Position numbers and translations under genes: made by a program | Notes under the pieces: generated by a model | The model's database searches: none | Seen by the model: only the letters and a program-made list of their open reading frames with translations | What the model was told of the DNA's origin: nothing | Shown: positions 1 to 9,581 of the stretch, piece after piece | Layout: the number at the start of each line of letters is the position of its first letter | Numbering within the stretch: the first letter of the stretch is position 1 | Assembly (NCBI GenBank): GCA_050506795.1 | Contig: JBJHCF010000017.1 | Location: 26,919-90,918 of the forward strand | Reading direction: 5' to 3' | DNA length: 64,000 bases | From: Opitutia bacterium | GTDB taxonomy: Bacteria; Verrucomicrobiota; Verrucomicrobiia; Opitutales; T3Sed10-336

Positions 1-398
1 AGGGACACATTCCAAGGATGCTGGCACTGTCGGCGGTGATGGTGCTGATCGGGTTCTGGGCGATCGCCTGGCTGGCGGACAGCGCCTGGTTCTACCAGGG
101 ATTCGGCTTCGATCCCGAAGCCTCCGGATTGGCGCCGGCGTTCCTGCTCTTCGCCCTTCTCAGCGGTCTGGTCACCTTTTGGCTGTCCCCGCTGTTCAAC
201 CTAATGTCGAGGAAACACGAGTACGAGGCGGACGCATTTGCCAGGGACGCCGTGGGTGATGCCGCCCCGTTGATCGGAGCGTTGCGTAAACTGTCGGAGA
301 AGAACCTCAGCAACCTGACGCCGCATCCGCTTTTCAGCGCCGTGCATTATTCGCACCCGACGCTGGTCGAACGGGAGACTTCGTTGCGTCAGGCCTGA
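1..398 (+). CDS. M48 family (Ste24-like) zinc metalloprotease, C-terminal part; 5' end lies outside the window
   Basis: Two TM segments followed by [43 protein letters not shown], typical of the Ste24/M48 C-terminus; HExxH not in window. Confidence 0.85.
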   Translation, partial: GHIPRMLALSAVMVLIGFWAIAWLADSAWFYQGFGFDPEASGLAPAFLLFALLSGLVTFWLSPLFNLMSRKHEYEADAFARDAVGDAAPLIGALRKLSEKNLSNLTPHPLFSAVHYSHPTLVERETSLRQA

Positions 399-1354
399 TG
401 GGGTGCCGAAGTTCCAGTCGGCCAAATCGAACCTGGTTCGCGGCCGCGGTTGCCTGCGCGGTGGGCCTGGCGGTTCTGCTGGCGGGATCGCTTTCCGCGG
501 CGGAAACGATCCGGGTGGCGACTTACAACGTCGAGAATTACCTGGTAATGGACCGGTGGGTGGACGAGCAGGACCGCTGGCGGCCGGCTTATCCCAAGCC
601 GGAATCCGAGAAGGCGGCGTTGCGCGCGGTGATCCTTGAGGTGGCTCCCGATGTCCTGGCGCTGCAGGAGATGGGTTCCCCGCCGTTCCTGGAGGAGTTG
701 CGGCGCGACCTTCGACGGGAGGGATTGGATTTTCCCTATGCCCACGTTTTGCAGGCTGAGGATGAGGTGCGCCACGTTGCGGTTTTGTCGCGGCTGCCGT
801 TTCAGGAGGTGGTGGATCATGTCGATGCCGACTTCCCGTACTTCGGCGAACGGGAGCGAATCAAACGCGGTCTGCTGGAGGTCCGGTTTGAGACCGCCGG
901 CTTGCCCTGGACTCTGTTCACTCTGCACCTGAAAAGCAAATGGACCGAGCGGGAGGACGATCCTCAAGCGACGGCGAAACGAACGGGCGAGGCGACCGCG
1001 GCGCGCAACCGTATCCTGGAACGGGTCGATCCGGCGGCCGAAGATCTTTTTCTCATCGCCGGAGATTTCAACGATACCCGGGACACGCCCCCGCTGCGCC
1101 GGTTTCTCCAGCGCGGAGATCTGACTCTGTCCGTGCCGGTGGAGGCGGCCGATTCGCGCGGCCACACCTGGACGCAGCACTGGGAACGCCAGGACCTGTA
1201 CAGCCGCATCGATTTTATTTTGATGTCTCCCGCCCTGAGTAAGCGACTTGTACCCGGAGCCCACGGGGTGTATGATGGTCCGGGTTACCGCATCGCCAGC
1301 GACCACCGCATGGTGTGGGCGGATTTCCGGTTCGTGGCGGATGAAGAGTTATGA
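398..1354 (+). CDS. Endonuclease/exonuclease/phosphatase (EEP) family protein with N-terminal signal peptide
   Basis: IRVATYNVENY, DVLALQE, HLKS, AGDFND, RIDFI, ASDHRMV motifs. Confidence 0.9.
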   Translation: MGCRSSSRPNRTWFAAAVACAVGLAVLLAGSLSAAETIRVATYNVENYLVMDRWVDEQDRWRPAYPKPESEKAALRAVILEVAPDVLALQEMGSPPFLEELRRDLRREGLDFPYAHVLQAEDEVRHVAVLSRLPFQEVVDHVDADFPYFGERERIKRGLLEVRFETAGLPWTLFTLHLKSKWTEREDDPQATAKRTGEATAARNRILERVDPAAEDLFLIAGDFNDTRDTPPLRRFLQRGDLTLSVPVEAADSRGHTWTQHWERQDLYSRIDFILMSPALSKRLVPGAHGVYDGPGYRIASDHRMVWADFRFVADEEL

Positions 1355-2559
1355 CCAGTCAGCGTGCCAGCGAGGGAGGGGGAATGAGCGCCGCGACGGC
1401 TTCGCCGTTGTTGCCCGCGGGAGCGTCCCTGCCGCTGGGACTCTACCTGCATGTGCCGTTTTGCGCGGTGACCTGTGATTTCTGTGCCTTTTACCAGAAA
1501 CGTCCGGAGAAAGGCGATTTCCTCCGGTTTGTCGATGGCATCCGGCGCGAACTCGACCTCGCCGCTCCGGATCGGCCGGTGCAGACGGTTTTTTGGGGCG
1601 GCGGTACGCCGGGTCTGCTGCCGCCCGAGTACATTCTCGAACTCGGCAAGCTGATCCGGGAGCGCTGCGGCGACGGGCCGGTGGAATGGAGTGTGGAACT
1701 GACTCCCGAGGCCGCCCGCGATGCCAGGTTGGAGGCCCTGAGCGCTATCGGGGTCAATCGCATCTCCCTGGGCGTTCAGTCGTTTCAACCCCGCCTGCTG
1801 GAGGCGATGGGACGCCGCTCCTCGCGGGAAGCGGTGATGGAGGCGTTTGCCCGCATTCGTCGTCATGGGTTCGGCAATATCAATCTCGATATGATCTTCG
1901 CGTTTCCGGGGCAGACCGAGACGGAGTGGGAGAACGACCTGCGCGAGGCGGCCGCTCTCGAACCCGAGCACCTCTCCACCTATTGTCTGACCTTTGAGGA
2001 GGATACCGCCCTGTGGGTCAAACTCGCCCGCGGCGAGTTCGTGCGCGACGAAGAGCGGGAAGCGGTTTTTTTCGGCATGGCGGAGGAAATTCTTCCGCCT
2101 TACGGCCTGCATAAATACGAGACTTCGAACTATTCCCGGAGCGGGTACGAATGCCGGCACAATCTCAACACCTGGCGTATGGCGGAATGGATCGGTCTGG
2201 GACCGGCGGCGGCGTCGCAATTTCGTGGACGGCGCGGCGCCAATCCTCCTGACATCGAGAAATGGCTGTCCGACCTCGCCGCCGGCCGGCGAAGCGCCGA
2301 AGACAAGGTAGCTTTGAGCGATGGGCTTCTGGCGGCCGACCTGTTGATATTCGGCCTCCGTCTGACGCGTGGTGTGAGTCCGGCGGATCTGGAAGCCCGA
2401 TTTCCGGGGGCGATAACGCATGAATTGCGGGCATTTCTCGACCGGTTGTGTGCGGAGGGATTGGCGCGGAAAGAGGACGAAGGTCGCCTTTGCCTCTCCG
2501 CGCGGGGGAGATTGGTGGTGGATCGAATCGGGGCTGAAATTCTGGAGCGAATGGAATGA
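1351..2559 (+). CDS. hemW: Radical SAM heme chaperone HemW (HemN-like)
   Basis: LYLHVPFCAVTCDFCAF (CxxxCxxC), GGGTP, RISLGVQSF, YETSNY, HNLNTW; start may be 1384. Confidence 0.85.
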   Translation: MTSQRASEGGGMSAATASPLLPAGASLPLGLYLHVPFCAVTCDFCAFYQKRPEKGDFLRFVDGIRRELDLAAPDRPVQTVFWGGGTPGLLPPEYILELGKLIRERCGDGPVEWSVELTPEAARDARLEALSAIGVNRISLGVQSFQPRLLEAMGRRSSREAVMEAFARIRRHGFGNINLDMIFAFPGQTETEWENDLREAAALEPEHLSTYCLTFEEDTALWVKLARGEFVRDEEREAVFFGMAEEILPPYGLHKYETSNYSRSGYECRHNLNTWRMAEWIGLGPAAASQFRGRRGANPPDIEKWLSDLAAGRRSAEDKVALSDGLLAADLLIFGLRLTRGVSPADLEARFPGAITHELRAFLDRLCAEGLARKEDEGRLCLSARGRLVVDRIGAEILERME

Positions 2560-2705
2560 GCGCTTGACGGGGCGTCGTTCCGGCTTTCGAGATGTTGGCT
2601 TTCGGGGGAAGGCCCGGTCGGATCGGGGTCACCGGAAGAAACTCAAAAACGCGGGGCACGTGCGCTCCCGTTGACACTGAATACAGAAGCCAAATCAAAG
2701 TTTTT

Positions 2706-3545
2706 ATGAGTAAGGAAAAGGACCAGTCCAACCCGGTGGAACGCGCCCGGGCCTACTACAACAGCGAAGACGCCGATACTTTCTATCATACGGTGTGGGG
2801 CGGAGAGGATCTTCACATCGGGATCTATGAGTCGGATGACGACTCGATTTTTGACGCCAGCCGCCGGACGGTCGAGCGCATCGCAGGAAAGATCCGCAAT
2901 CCGGGAAAGGAAATGCGCGTTCTGGATCTAGGCGCGGGTTACGGAGGGTCTATGCGTTACCTGGCGCGTCATTACGGATGTCGCGCGGTGGCCTTGAATT
3001 TGAGCGAGGTGGAAAACGAGCGCAACCGGAGGATGAACAAGGAGCAAGGCCTGGACGAACTGATTGAAGTCGTCGACGGCAGTTTTGAGCGACTGGATTT
3101 CAAGGACAATACCTTCAATGTCGTCTGGTCTCAGGATTCGTTTTTGCACAGTGCCGAGCGCGATCAGGTTCTGACCGAAGCCGCCCGGGTTCTTAAACCG
3201 GGCGGCGATTTTGTTTTTACCGATCCCATGAAATCAGACGATTGCCCGGAGGAGGTGCTGCAACCGATACTGGATCGCCTGCATCTGGAGGATTTGGGTT
3301 CGCCGGCGTTTTATCAAAACTCGGGCGAAAAGCACGGGTTGCGGCTGCTGGAGCTCGAGGAGTTGCAGGACCAGCTTCCCCGGCACTACGCCCGGGTGCT
3401 GGCCGAACTGGAGCAACGGGAAGAGGAACTGCGGAAGCAAATCAGCGGGGATTACCTCGATCGCATGAAAACCGGACTGCGACATTGGATAGAAGGGGGA
3501 CGGAAAGGGCGCCTCACCTGGGGGATTTTTCATTTCAGCAAATAA
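2706..3545 (+). CDS. SAM-dependent methyltransferase, sarcosine/dimethylglycine N-methyltransferase-like (glycine betaine synthesis)
   Basis: AYYNSEDADTFYHTVWGGEDLHIGIY, VLDLGAGYGG, VWSQDSFLHS, FTDPM, RMKTGLRHW match the SDMT/DMT family; ATG 2706 preferred over TTG-extended ORF. Confidence 0.8.
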   Translation: MSKEKDQSNPVERARAYYNSEDADTFYHTVWGGEDLHIGIYESDDDSIFDASRRTVERIAGKIRNPGKEMRVLDLGAGYGGSMRYLARHYGCRAVALNLSEVENERNRRMNKEQGLDELIEVVDGSFERLDFKDNTFNVVWSQDSFLHSAERDQVLTEAARVLKPGGDFVFTDPMKSDDCPEEVLQPILDRLHLEDLGSPAFYQNSGEKHGLRLLELEELQDQLPRHYARVLAELEQREEELRKQISGDYLDRMKTGLRHWIEGGRKGRLTWGIFHFSK

Positions 3546-3571
3546 AATCGTCCGCCGGTTCCGGTTGAGCT

Positions 3572-4204
3572 ATGGTTCCTTACTCCTCACGACTGAAACG
3601 GATCGCCAGCATTCCGCCTTATTGGTTGTCCCGTTGTGTTTACCGTATCCAGCTCTCCGGTGCGGAGCACCTCCCGGCCTCCGGTGGGGTGGTGTTGGTT
3701 GGCAATCACGTGTCCTTTGTTGACGTCGTGGTTTTGCAGGCGGCCTTGCCCCGGGCCATTCGTTACCTGGGCGCCACCTGGCTCTTCGACCGCTGGTGGT
3801 TGCGGCCGTTGATGCGCTGGTTCGAGGTGGTGCCGGTTTCCTCGCTTCGTCCCCGTGAAGCGATCCGGCGTGCCACCGAGTGTCTGCGCGAAGGCGAGGT
3901 GGTGTGTCTTTTCCCTGAAGGCGGCATCAGTAAGGATGGCAGCCTGAAATCATTTCGCCCGGGGTTTGCCCTGATGGCCCGTCAGGCGGACGCGCCGGTG
4001 GTGCCGTTCTACCTCGACGGCCTTTGGGGGTCGATCTTTTCTTTCCACGGCGGGAGATTCTTTTGGAAACTCCCGCGGTCGCTCCGCCCGACAGTGCGCA
4101 TCAGGGTCGGACCTCCCTTGGGTCCGGATGAAATGGATACGGAATCGGCGTACCGCCGAGTGCTCGCACTCAAGGCGGAACTGGAGTCGGACGAATCGGT
4201 CTGA
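3572..4204 (+). CDS. 1-acyl-sn-glycerol-3-phosphate acyltransferase family (PlsC/Aas acyltransferase domain)
   Basis: NHVSFVD (HxxxxD), FPEGG, GLWGSIFS. Confidence 0.9.
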   Translation: MVPYSSRLKRIASIPPYWLSRCVYRIQLSGAEHLPASGGVVLVGNHVSFVDVVVLQAALPRAIRYLGATWLFDRWWLRPLMRWFEVVPVSSLRPREAIRRATECLREGEVVCLFPEGGISKDGSLKSFRPGFALMARQADAPVVPFYLDGLWGSIFSFHGGRFFWKLPRSLRPTVRIRVGPPLGPDEMDTESAYRRVLALKAELESDESV

Positions 4205-4230
4205 TCGGACGGATCAGACAGATTCGTCCG
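4188..4230. repeat. GATC-rich palindromic hairpin between convergent genes, probable bidirectional terminator
   Basis: cggacgaatc-g-gtctgatc [ggacg] gatcagac-a-gattcgtccg; its reverse complement shares ctgatccgtccgatc with 18883-18897. Confidence 0.7.
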
Positions 4231-4231
4231 G

Positions 4232-5764
4232 TCAGTCCGATAAAGTCGGTGTGTGCAGGCTGACGTAGCGTTCCTTGAGGTAGCGAAGCAGCGGTTCAGC
4301 CGAGATTCCCTGGCCGGTGGCCAGCGTTACCAGCTCTTCGGTGTCGAAACGGCGTCCGTGGCGGTGAATGGTGTTCCTCAACCATTTGAGAAGCGGGCTG
4401 AAGTCTCCTTTCGCCAGCGACTCTTCCAGGCCCGGCAGGATTTCCAGCGCTTTGTACCAGAGTTGGGCTGCGATCAGGTTGCCGAGTGTGTAGCTGGGAA
4501 AATACCCGAAGGCGCCGCCGGACCAGTGGATATCCTGCAGTACGCCTTCGGCGTCGTTGGCGGGTTGGAGCCCTATCAGATCGAGGGACAGGCGGTTCCA
4601 TTCCGCGGGAAGCGCTTCCACCTCCAGGTCGCCGGAGAACAGCGCCTGTTCCAGCTCGAAACGAAGCATGATGTGAAGGTTGTAGGTGACCTCGTCGGAA
4701 TCAACTCGTATCGGGTTGAGCGATACGCGGTTGACGGCGCGGAGGAGTTCGTCGTCGCTGACGTCCCGCAGCTGTTCGGGGAAGTGCCTGCGGTAGATCG
4801 GCGCGAAATGAGTCCAGAACGCCCGGCTGCGTCCGACCTGGTTCTCCCAAAGGCGGCTCTGCGATTCGTGAATGGCCATTCCCACCGCTTCGCCGAGCGG
4901 TGTGGCGACTTCTTCCACCGGGAGGCCCTGGCAATAGAGGCCATGACCGGCCTCATGCAGCGAGCTGAAAAGGGAGTCGAGCGGATTGTCCGGGTGGAAG
5001 CGGGTGGTCAAACGGGTGTCCTGGCCGTCGCCGGAACAGAAAGGGTGCAGGGAGCGGTCGAGCCGGCCGCGGCGATAATCGAAACCGATGGCCTCGGTGG
5101 CCAGACGCGCGCACCGTTCCTGAGCGGATTCGGAAAATCCTTCAAACAGGCTGGAAGTCGGAGGAGGCGAAGCCTCCAGAATTCGCCCGACCAGTTCCAG
5201 CAGCGGTTCCTTCAATTGCTGAAAAAGGGACTCCACCTTTTTGGCGGTTACCCCGGGATCGTGCAGGTCGATGTGATAATCGTAGGGATTGGATTCCCAG
5301 CCCTGCAGTGAGGCCTCTTCACGGGCGAGTTCCAGGTTCTTTTTCAGGAAGGGGGCGAATTGGGCGAAGTCGTCGTTCGCCCGGGACCGGGACCAGGCGT
5401 GGTAGGCTCGATTCAGGTGCTCGGTTTTTTCCCGCACAAATCGCGTCGGCAAACGGGTGGCGCGGTCGTAATCGCGACGAATCAGCCGGGCCACCATGGC
5501 GGAATCGTCGGTGGGCGAAGGGTCGGAAGCCTCCAGGGCCTCGAGGGCGGCGCGCGTCTCGTCGGAAGTGAACGCTTCGTGCGCCAGTTCCGCCAAGAGC
5601 GAACTTTGCTCCGAGCGCAGTTCCGCCGCCTCCGGGGGCAGGCCGGTTTGCTGGTCCCACTCCAACAGGCCCAGCGTGCTCCGCAGCAGGTAGGTCCGGT
5701 GGAGTTCCCGGCGCAGGGCCGTGTAGGGATCATTGGTTGGTTCGTGCGGGCTTGAAGTGCTCAT
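4232..5764 (-). CDS. Carboxypeptidase M32 (Taq-like)
   Basis: LLEWDQQT, HPFC, HEAGH (HExxH), HESQSRLWEN, GVLQDIHW, GYFPSYTLG; start set at MSTSSPHE because the longer ORF overlaps the divergent gene. Confidence 0.95.
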   Translation of the reverse strand: MSTSSPHEPTNDPYTALRRELHRTYLLRSTLGLLEWDQQTGLPPEAAELRSEQSSLLAELAHEAFTSDETRAALEALEASDPSPTDDSAMVARLIRRDYDRATRLPTRFVREKTEHLNRAYHAWSRSRANDDFAQFAPFLKKNLELAREEASLQGWESNPYDYHIDLHDPGVTAKKVESLFQQLKEPLLELVGRILEASPPPTSSLFEGFSESAQERCARLATEAIGFDYRRGRLDRSLHPFCSGDGQDTRLTTRFHPDNPLDSLFSSLHEAGHGLYCQGLPVEEVATPLGEAVGMAIHESQSRLWENQVGRSRAFWTHFAPIYRRHFPEQLRDVSDDELLRAVNRVSLNPIRVDSDEVTYNLHIMLRFELEQALFSGDLEVEALPAEWNRLSLDLIGLQPANDAEGVLQDIHWSGGAFGYFPSYTLGNLIAAQLWYKALEILPGLEESLAKGDFSPLLKWLRNTIHRHGRRFDTEELVTLATGQGISAEPLLRYLKERYVSLHTPTLSD

Positions 5765-5917
5765 CTCGATGTGGTTTCCGGCGGACCGGGAAATCCTTGA
5801 ACGATTGTCCCCGGAGGGCCGTGAACATGCGATAAAAAAATCGTTATGTTGCCCTTGATGATTGATTTGCCGCCGTACATGGGTATCAGTGTTCCTGTCA
5901 ACAGGCTGAATTTTCCC

Positions 5918-6607
5918 ATGCACGTCATCGGTCCCAAATGTCGCCCAGGTTTCATACCGGCGGATTATGCGTTTGTGGTCGAGGTGTTGGGGCGCGGTAA
6001 GCGGGAGCGCGAGGCTTTGTACCGGCTTCTGGCCGATGATCGCGAACGTGATCGAGTGCTGGATGACGAAGCCCTGTTCCATGCCCTCCTGGAGGAGCAA
6101 CGGCTGCTGTCCGTTTCCGCCGGGTTTTATTTCTACATCATGGTGCGCCGGGTGTTTATCAAGTCAGGCCTCACCGATCGGGGCATGGCGGACTACGTCG
6201 CGTCGGTGTTGACGGAGTTCAGTCGAATGGATCGGGTGCGCCGTCCTGCCGGAGACCGTTTTCCGGTATTGGATTACCTGGTGGACATGGCGGCGGCCAT
6301 GGCGGAAGCATCGGAGGAACTGCGTTTCTTTATGGCGTTGCACATCGGTAACGTCGCTCTTTTCCTGGCGGGGGTATTCCCGGACTACATCCGATATCGG
6401 GAGCAACGTCGGGCGGCTCCCGGCCTGCGGTATTACGAATCGATGGGCGAAAGCCATTTGCGAGCGGCCGGGGATCACCACCTGGCGGACCGGTACGAAT
6501 TGATGCCGGTGGTGCGGGACCTGGCGGAGGCGTTTCGGCCCGCCCGGCGTGCCTTGAACGATCTGGCGGATCGATTTCTCGGATTGGACGAAACCTGGAC
6601 GCTCTGA
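5918..6607 (+). CDS. Conserved hypothetical protein (all-alpha)
   Basis: Good coding bias; ADYVASVL, HIGNVALFLAGVFPDYI, YYESMG pattern; start uncertain. Confidence 0.65.
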   Translation: MHVIGPKCRPGFIPADYAFVVEVLGRGKREREALYRLLADDRERDRVLDDEALFHALLEEQRLLSVSAGFYFYIMVRRVFIKSGLTDRGMADYVASVLTEFSRMDRVRRPAGDRFPVLDYLVDMAAAMAEASEELRFFMALHIGNVALFLAGVFPDYIRYREQRRAAPGLRYYESMGESHLRAAGDHHLADRYELMPVVRDLAEAFRPARRALNDLADRFLGLDETWTL

Positions 6608-6690
6608 ACGGTAAAAGCCGTTTCTTTGCCAGCGGCGGTCTGCTATGAATAATTCCGGCTAAAAGGTTGCGTCCGGATCACCGGGGCTGA

Positions 6691-8400
6691 ATGATAACCG
6701 GTCAGAGCACGCCGATCGGTTTGGTGTCTGGATCGGCCGCTGTTTGTCTGGATGTCATGTTGAAAGATTCTCCGGAGTCATTGCTGGCCCGTTCTCTCGG
6801 TAATAGCCTGGCCCCTTTTTTGGCTTCGCTTCCCGATGGCGTCGTGGTGTTGGACCGCAACGGCGGTCTCATGGGAAGCAACGCACTGGGACAGAGACTC
6901 ATGGGTTTGCATTCGGTGGCTCCGGGGGTTTCCTGGCGGGAGGCATTACTGGCGCCGCCGCCACCACCAGCCCTGGGGTCGTTTATTGAGGATGCCCTGG
7001 GCGGCGGCGCCGGGGAGGAATGGATGGAGTTTGGGCTGGGGCCGGGAGTGGGCGCCGCCGAACGTCGGGCGCGAGTCCGGGTGGCGCTGCTTCCCGGAGG
7101 TGAAGCCAAAGACGAATTGGTGGTGTTTTTCCTTCGCGAGATCGATCACCCGGAGTTGGCGAAATCCCAGCGTCAAGTGCTCCGCAGGCACCCGCGCGAG
7201 GAACGGGTGGAGGAGGAGTTGCTTCTTGAGCGCTCCATGTTCGAACAGCTGATGGATACGGTTCCGGACAAGATTTTTTTCAAGGACCTGGAGGGACGTT
7301 TTTTGCGCATCGGCCGGGCGCATGTCTCCCAGTTCGGGCTCAAGAGCGCTTCCGAGGCGGTGGGTCGAACCGATTTCGACTTTTTCGCCGAATCGTACGC
7401 GCGGGAAACGCAGCGTGGGGAACAGGAGGTCATTCGCACCGGGAAACCGATGATCGGCAAGGAGCACAAGCTGGCCCTTGCGGATGGCACCGCCTTCTGG
7501 GTGAGCGTGACCAAAGTGCCGTTGCGCGATCCGCGAGGTAAGGTCATCGGTATTATCGGAGTGGCTCATGATATTACCGAGCGCAAGATGGCCGAGAAGA
7601 AACTGCGGCAAAAGAACGAAGAAATGCAGGCGGATCTGAAGATGGCTTACGAAGTCCAACAGTCCCTGCTTACGCTGCAGTACCCGGATTTCTCAAAAAC
7701 CTCCGGGCCTTCCGGAATGGGATTGCGTTTTGAACATTGTTACCTGCCGGTTTCGACCCTGGCGGGCGATTTTTTCGAGATATTTCGGATCTCCGACTCC
7801 CAAGCCGGCATCCTGATTTGTGACGTGGTGGGGCACGGCGTGCGAGCCGCCCTGGTAACCGCATATCTGCGAGGACTGGTGGGTGAGATCATGCCATCGG
7901 CGGTGGATCCGGGTGCGTTTCTTTCCGGTATTAACGAGGGGCTTTTGCCGGTTTTGCGACAGGCGGACTCCCCGATGTTTGTCACGGCTTTTTTCGGAGT
8001 GGCGGATATTGCCCGCGGCGAATTCCGGTACTCCAATGCCGGGCATCCCCTGCCTTACCTTCAGCACGCGGGAGGTGAGGTGGTTCGCCTGAATCCTTCC
8101 GCCGGCGACCCGGAGCCCGCCCTGGGTCTTATCGATGGTTTTTCCTACACGGCCGTCAGTGAGGCCCTCAAGGCGGGAGATCGGCTGGTTCTTTTCACCG
8201 ACGGCTTATTCGAGGTGGAAAGCGCTCGCGGGCAGTGCTTCGGAGAGCACCGGATCGAGGAGCAGTTGCGCCGGAATCCCGGAGTCGCGGCGTCGGACCT
8301 TCTCGATCTCCTGACCGGCGCGGCCTGCAGTCACGCCGACTCGGATACCTTTGCCGACGATGTCTGTATCGTGGTGGTGGATGCGGTGGAAGGCCGGTGA
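6691..8400 (+). CDS. PAS-domain SpoIIE/PP2C (RsbU-like) phosphatase
   Basis: PAS/PAC (IFFKDLEGRF...VTKVPLRD...DITERK), AGDFF, ICDVVGHGV, NAGHP, LFTDGL, DDVC. Confidence 0.9.
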   Translation: MITGQSTPIGLVSGSAAVCLDVMLKDSPESLLARSLGNSLAPFLASLPDGVVVLDRNGGLMGSNALGQRLMGLHSVAPGVSWREALLAPPPPPALGSFIEDALGGGAGEEWMEFGLGPGVGAAERRARVRVALLPGGEAKDELVVFFLREIDHPELAKSQRQVLRRHPREERVEEELLLERSMFEQLMDTVPDKIFFKDLEGRFLRIGRAHVSQFGLKSASEAVGRTDFDFFAESYARETQRGEQEVIRTGKPMIGKEHKLALADGTAFWVSVTKVPLRDPRGKVIGIIGVAHDITERKMAEKKLRQKNEEMQADLKMAYEVQQSLLTLQYPDFSKTSGPSGMGLRFEHCYLPVSTLAGDFFEIFRISDSQAGILICDVVGHGVRAALVTAYLRGLVGEIMPSAVDPGAFLSGINEGLLPVLRQADSPMFVTAFFGVADIARGEFRYSNAGHPLPYLQHAGGEVVRLNPSAGDPEPALGLIDGFSYTAVSEALKAGDRLVLFTDGLFEVESARGQCFGEHRIEEQLRRNPGVAASDLLDLLTGAACSHADSDTFADDVCIVVVDAVEGR

Positions 8401-8408
8401 ACGACCGA

Positions 8409-8437
8409 ATCTCAATTTTCAGTTTGAAATTTGAGAT
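8409..8437. terminator. AT-rich hairpin between convergent genes
   Basis: atctcaa-t-tttca [gtt] tgaaa-t-ttgagat. Confidence 0.5.
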
Positions 8438-8447
8438 CTTCAGGGCG

Positions 8448-9578
8448 TCACAGGCGTTCGATACGCAGGAACATCCAGATTCCGACGGCCTGGAACAGGA
8501 GATTGGGGAACCACACCAGAATGTCGGGGCGCAGGCTGGGACGGGTCTCGAACCAACCCACTGCGATGACGAGAAAATAGAAGACCATGGCCAGACAGAG
8601 GGCGATTACCAGATTGGATGAAGTTTCTTTTCGCTGAATGCGGATGCCCAGAGGCACGGCCAGCAAGGCGAGCGACAGAACCGAGAACGCCATGGCGAAC
8701 CGTTCCTGGATGCTGAGTTGAATACGGATCAGCTGTGCGAAATGGTCTGCTCCGGGCTCGGTTGCCTGGTGTTCGCGTCGAGCGGTGACGATTTCGTTGA
8801 ATGTCATATCCCCCAACCGTTTGGATCGCGCGCGTCCTCCCAGAATGTCACGCAGGGGCAGGCGTATCGCGGTTTGCTGGATCGACGGCGCCGGGCGCCC
8901 CTCTCGTAAATCCTCCAGGTCGCTGTCGCTGCGGATTTCGGCGTACACCTCCCTAAGGATGAGGAGGATTGACTCGGTGGCTTCCTCGTAGTCGAGGACC
9001 GCTTCCTCGGCGTGCAGGAAACGGGAAACCATGCGGCCTTCACCAAGTTCCCAAAGCCACAGATCCCGCAACTCGTTTTCCCGTTTCTCCCCCACGTAAA
9101 TCACGTATCCGGGAAAGTCCCTGACGAAACGGCCTTGCACGAGGTAATTGAGCGGGTTCTCGCGGATGGATTGGCTGAGGTCTTCGCGGTATTGGGCGCG
9201 GGCGTTGGGAGCGTAGTAGAAGTTGATGGTGACTGAGAAAGCGACCCCCAATACGGCAAGGAAGAACACCGGAGCGGATATCTGAAGGAGGCTGATTCCG
9301 GCCGAACGCATGGCCGTGATTTCGCGCTGGGCGGAAAGGCGTCCCAGCACCAGCAATACTCCGGTGAGAATGCCCAGGGGGAGCGCATAGGCGATCACGT
9401 AGGGAACGAGCAGGGAAAGCAGACGGAAAAACAGGGGGAAGCTGAGCTGGCCGTCGGTGAGCAACCCGATGACATCCTTCAGCACGTTGCCCACGATCAG
9501 CAGGAAGGCGAAAATACCGACGGCGAGCAGGCTGGCCGCCAGGAGGCTTTTGAAGATATAGCGATGGAGGAGGTTCAT
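8448..9578 (-). CDS. LptF/LptG family LPS export permease
   Basis: LLHRYIFK start, 3+3 TM layout, GRLSAQREITAMRSAGISL, WFPNLLF. Confidence 0.9.
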   Translation of the reverse strand: MNLLHRYIFKSLLAASLLAVGIFAFLLIVGNVLKDVIGLLTDGQLSFPLFFRLLSLLVPYVIAYALPLGILTGVLLVLGRLSAQREITAMRSAGISLLQISAPVFFLAVLGVAFSVTINFYYAPNARAQYREDLSQSIRENPLNYLVQGRFVRDFPGYVIYVGEKRENELRDLWLWELGEGRMVSRFLHAEEAVLDYEEATESILLILREVYAEIRSDSDLEDLREGRPAPSIQQTAIRLPLRDILGGRARSKRLGDMTFNEIVTARREHQATEPGADHFAQLIRIQLSIQERFAMAFSVLSLALLAVPLGIRIQRKETSSNLVIALCLAMVFYFLVIAVGWFETRPSLRPDILVWFPNLLFQAVGIWMFLRIERL

Positions 9579-9581
9579 CGA

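Noticed and set aside
5765..6100. 111-aa N-terminal extension of the M32 carboxypeptidase in the ORF track
   Set aside because: It overlaps the divergent gene and the AT-rich promoter gap; family similarity starts near MSTSS.
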